Assembly (NCBI GenBank): GCA_963801955.1
Contig: CAWDGS010000010.1
Coordinates: 207,202-271,201 of the forward strand
Length of the DNA stretch: 64,000 nt
Direction: 5' to 3'
Source of the DNA: an uncultured Alphaproteobacteria bacterium
GTDB taxonomy: Bacteria; Pseudomonadota; Alphaproteobacteria; Rhizobiales; Xanthobacteraceae
Shown here: in pieces, positions 62,073-64,000 of the stretch
Position numbering within the stretch: the stretch's first letter is position 1
How the letters are laid out: each line of letters opens with the position of its first letter
Position numbers and translations under genes: made by a program
Notes under the pieces: generated by a model
What the model was told of the DNA's origin: nothing
The model's input: only the letters and a program-made list of their open reading frames with translations
Database searches by the model: none

Positions 62073-63680
62073 ATGCTCGAGGTCCAGAACCAGCCGCCGC
62101 CGCTTGAGCCCTACAATCTTTTTTTGAGCGATCGTGCGCTGCGCGAGGCCGTGGGGCGCGAAGCGGCGGGTTGGGCCGCCGCCGAACTGGGTGCACTAGG
62201 CGCGACGCTCGGCAAGCCGGAGACGATCCAGCTCGGCTTCGACGCCAACAAGTTCACGCCGCAGCTACGCACGCTCGACCGTTACGGTCACCGTATCGAC
62301 GAGGTCGAATTTCATCCGGCCTGGCATGAGCTGCTCGAACTGGCTCTCAAGGCAGGACTTCACTCCAGTCCATGGGCCGAGCCGAAGCCGGGTGCGCATG
62401 TCGCGCGCGCGGGCGGCACCTACATGCTCGGGCAAATTGAAAGTGGCGTCTATTGTCCGATCGCGATGACCTACGGCTCCGTGCCGACCTTGCGTCACGC
62501 GCCTGCGCTTGCCGCGGAATGGCTGCCGCGAATTTTTTCGCGGGATTACGACCGACGATTTCGCCCGGCGCGGCTCAAGAGCGCGGCGCTGATCGGCATG
62601 GGCATGACCGAAAACCAGGGCGGGTCCGATCTGCGCACCAACACCACGCGTGCGGAGCCTGCTGGTGATGGGACGTTCCGGCTGTATGGGCACAAATGGT
62701 TCATGTCGGCGCCGATGTGCGACGCCTTTCTTGTTCTTGCGCAATCGGCGAAGGGCTTGAGCTGCTTTCTCATGCCGCGCTGGACTCCTGAAGGTGAGCG
62801 CAACGGCATCCGGATTATTCGTCTCAAGGACAAACTCGGAAACCGCTCGAATGCATCGAGCGAAGTTGAGTTCTACGGCGCCTACGCGCAACTTGTTGGT
62901 GAGGAAGGACGTGGAATTCCGACCATCATCGAGATGGGGAATTACACACGGCTCGATTGCTGCATCGGGTCTTCGGCGCTGATGCGTCAGGCTGTTGCCC
63001 AAGCAGTTCACCATGCCCGGCATCGGACGGCATTCCAGAAAAAACTGGTCGATCAACCGCTCATGACCAATGTATTGGCCGACCTCGCGATTGAGGCCGA
63101 GGCGGCGCTTGTGCTGACAATGCGCCTTGCCCGCGCTTACGATGAGAACGATGAGGCGGCGCAGGTTATCCGCCGTGTGGTGACGCCGGCGGCCAAATTC
63201 TGGATCTGCAAACGCACGCCATTCTTGGTTTATGAGGCAATGGAGGTGCTGGGCGGTTCCGGCTACATCGAGGAAAGCATTATGCCGCGGCTTTACCGCG
63301 AGGCTCCGGTGAACTCGATCTGGGAAGGTTCGGGCAACGTCATGTGCCTCGACGTGTTGCGTGCGATCGGGCGCACGTCGACTATGGCAGACGTCCTGCA
63401 TAGCGAACTCGGCGGCGATGCGCGTCTGAAGGCTTTTGCCGACCGCTTGTTAAAACGCCTGAGTGCGCCCGACCGCAATGATGAAGGGCAGGCGCGCGCG
63501 CTGGTGCGCGAGCTTGTGTTGGCGTTGCAGGCCGCTCTCCTGATCAAATACGCACCGGCCGCGGTGGCGGACGCATTTTGCGCGTCCCGCCTTGATGGGG
63601 AGGGTGGCTCAGCATTCGGGCTGCTGCCGCGCGGAGCGGACCTGCACGCAATCGTCGAACGCGCGGCGCCTGCCAGCTAG
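62073..63680 (+). CDS. Acyl-CoA dehydrogenase family protein, AidB-like
   Basis: 535 aa, intact. MTENQGGSDLRTNTT, HKWFMSAP and EVLGGSGYIEES. The N-terminal AidB-type extension reads NQPPPLEPYNLFLSD. Confidence 0.8.
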   Translation: MLEVQNQPPPLEPYNLFLSDRALREAVGREAAGWAAAELGALGATLGKPETIQLGFDANKFTPQLRTLDRYGHRIDEVEFHPAWHELLELALKAGLHSSPWAEPKPGAHVARAGGTYMLGQIESGVYCPIAMTYGSVPTLRHAPALAAEWLPRIFSRDYDRRFRPARLKSAALIGMGMTENQGGSDLRTNTTRAEPAGDGTFRLYGHKWFMSAPMCDAFLVLAQSAKGLSCFLMPRWTPEGERNGIRIIRLKDKLGNRSNASSEVEFYGAYAQLVGEEGRGIPTIIEMGNYTRLDCCIGSSALMRQAVAQAVHHARHRTAFQKKLVDQPLMTNVLADLAIEAEAALVLTMRLARAYDENDEAAQVIRRVVTPAAKFWICKRTPFLVYEAMEVLGGSGYIEESIMPRLYREAPVNSIWEGSGNVMCLDVLRAIGRTSTMADVLHSELGGDARLKAFADRLLKRLSAPDRNDEGQARALVRELVLALQAALLIKYAPAAVADAFCASRLDGEGGSAFGLLPRGADLHAIVERAAPAS

Positions 63681-64000
63681 AGTTTTCCGAACACCGCCAA
63701 TGCCAGCGTGACTTGCGCCACGAAGCCAACGGCAAAGGCGAGGGTGCGCAGAACCGGTACGCCCATCGTGTAGACGATGGCGTGGGCAAGCCGCGCCCAG
63801 AAATAAACCGCGCAGGCGATCACGGTGCCTTCCGTCGAATAGCCTTGCGCGTCGAGGATCAGCACCAGTGGCGCGAAGATAATGAGGTTCTCGACGGCGT
63901 TGGTGTGCGCAAAATAGAGCCGCTGCGCCCAGGGCGATTGCGGTTTGTCGTTGCGTGCCGGGTTGGCCATGGCGCCCATCAGCCCACGCACCACGATGCG
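63677..64000 (-). CDS. MAPEG family membrane protein (5' end beyond the right edge)
   Basis: ..RGLMGAMANPARNDKPQSPWAQRLYFAHTNAVENLIIFAPLVLIL... The frame stays open to the window edge, and only ~105 aa are visible for a family I recall as roughly 130 aa. Confidence 0.6.
   Translation of the reverse strand, partial: RIVVRGLMGAMANPARNDKPQSPWAQRLYFAHTNAVENLIIFAPLVLILDAQGYSTEGTVIACAVYFWARLAHAIVYTMGVPVLRTLAFAVGFVAQVTLALAVFGKL

Overview
This is a 64-kb chromosomal window from a high-GC alphaproteobacterium. The gene order (rne, amidase, mrcA, prfB; tyrS divergent from anmK; suf operon; parE; argC), an Irr-type ICE box and family-restricted domains (DUF3551, DUF992) suggest Nitrobacteraceae/Bradyrhizobiaceae. 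That placement is inference and cannot be verified here.

Positions 1 to ~37 kb and ~57-64 kb look like core housekeeping:
- RNase E
- Cell-wall enzymes (AMIN-amidase, PBP1A, M23 peptidase, AnmK)
- RF2 with its programmed +1 frameshift
- Bcp, a ~1200-aa AsmA-like envelope protein, TyrRS
- A complete suf Fe-S operon (nifS-like, sufB, small TM ORF, sufC, sufD, sufS, DUF59/SufT-like, sufA)
- A GGDEF cyclase, a DEAD-box helicase, PobA, a POT transporter, a Bug/TctC binding protein, ParE, ArgC and an AidB-like acyl-CoA dehydrogenase

From ~37.5 to ~57 kb the content looks accessory:
- An 8-haem cytochrome c fused to HEAT/TPR repeats, next to a Tat-exported HAD hydrolase
- Two paralogous arylsulfatases flanking two response-regulator genes
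- A same-strand run of six small exported proteins (two unknowns, DUF992, Omp25-like barrel, HdeA-like, DUF3551)
- A sensor kinase with a periplasmic-binding-protein-like sensor
- Two 6-Cys mini-proteins
- LssY-like, DUF4239 and patatin genes

Hand counts of sample 60-nt lines give about 47-57% GC in this part and about 58-68% in the flanks. The strongest non-coding signal is two exact FNR/FixK boxes (TTGAT-N4-ATCAA), each inside a duplicated ~40-bp module. I recognised no rRNA, tRNA, CRISPR array, transposase or integrase.

Major caveat: about 20 conserved genes, including essential ones, are interrupted by roughly 35 inferred frameshifts or in-frame stops. This is most simply explained by indel errors in the assembly. 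For those genes I give merged spans and say so in the call.

I cannot point with confidence to a clearly novel multi-gene system. The best candidates are flagged in the findings with modest interest scores.
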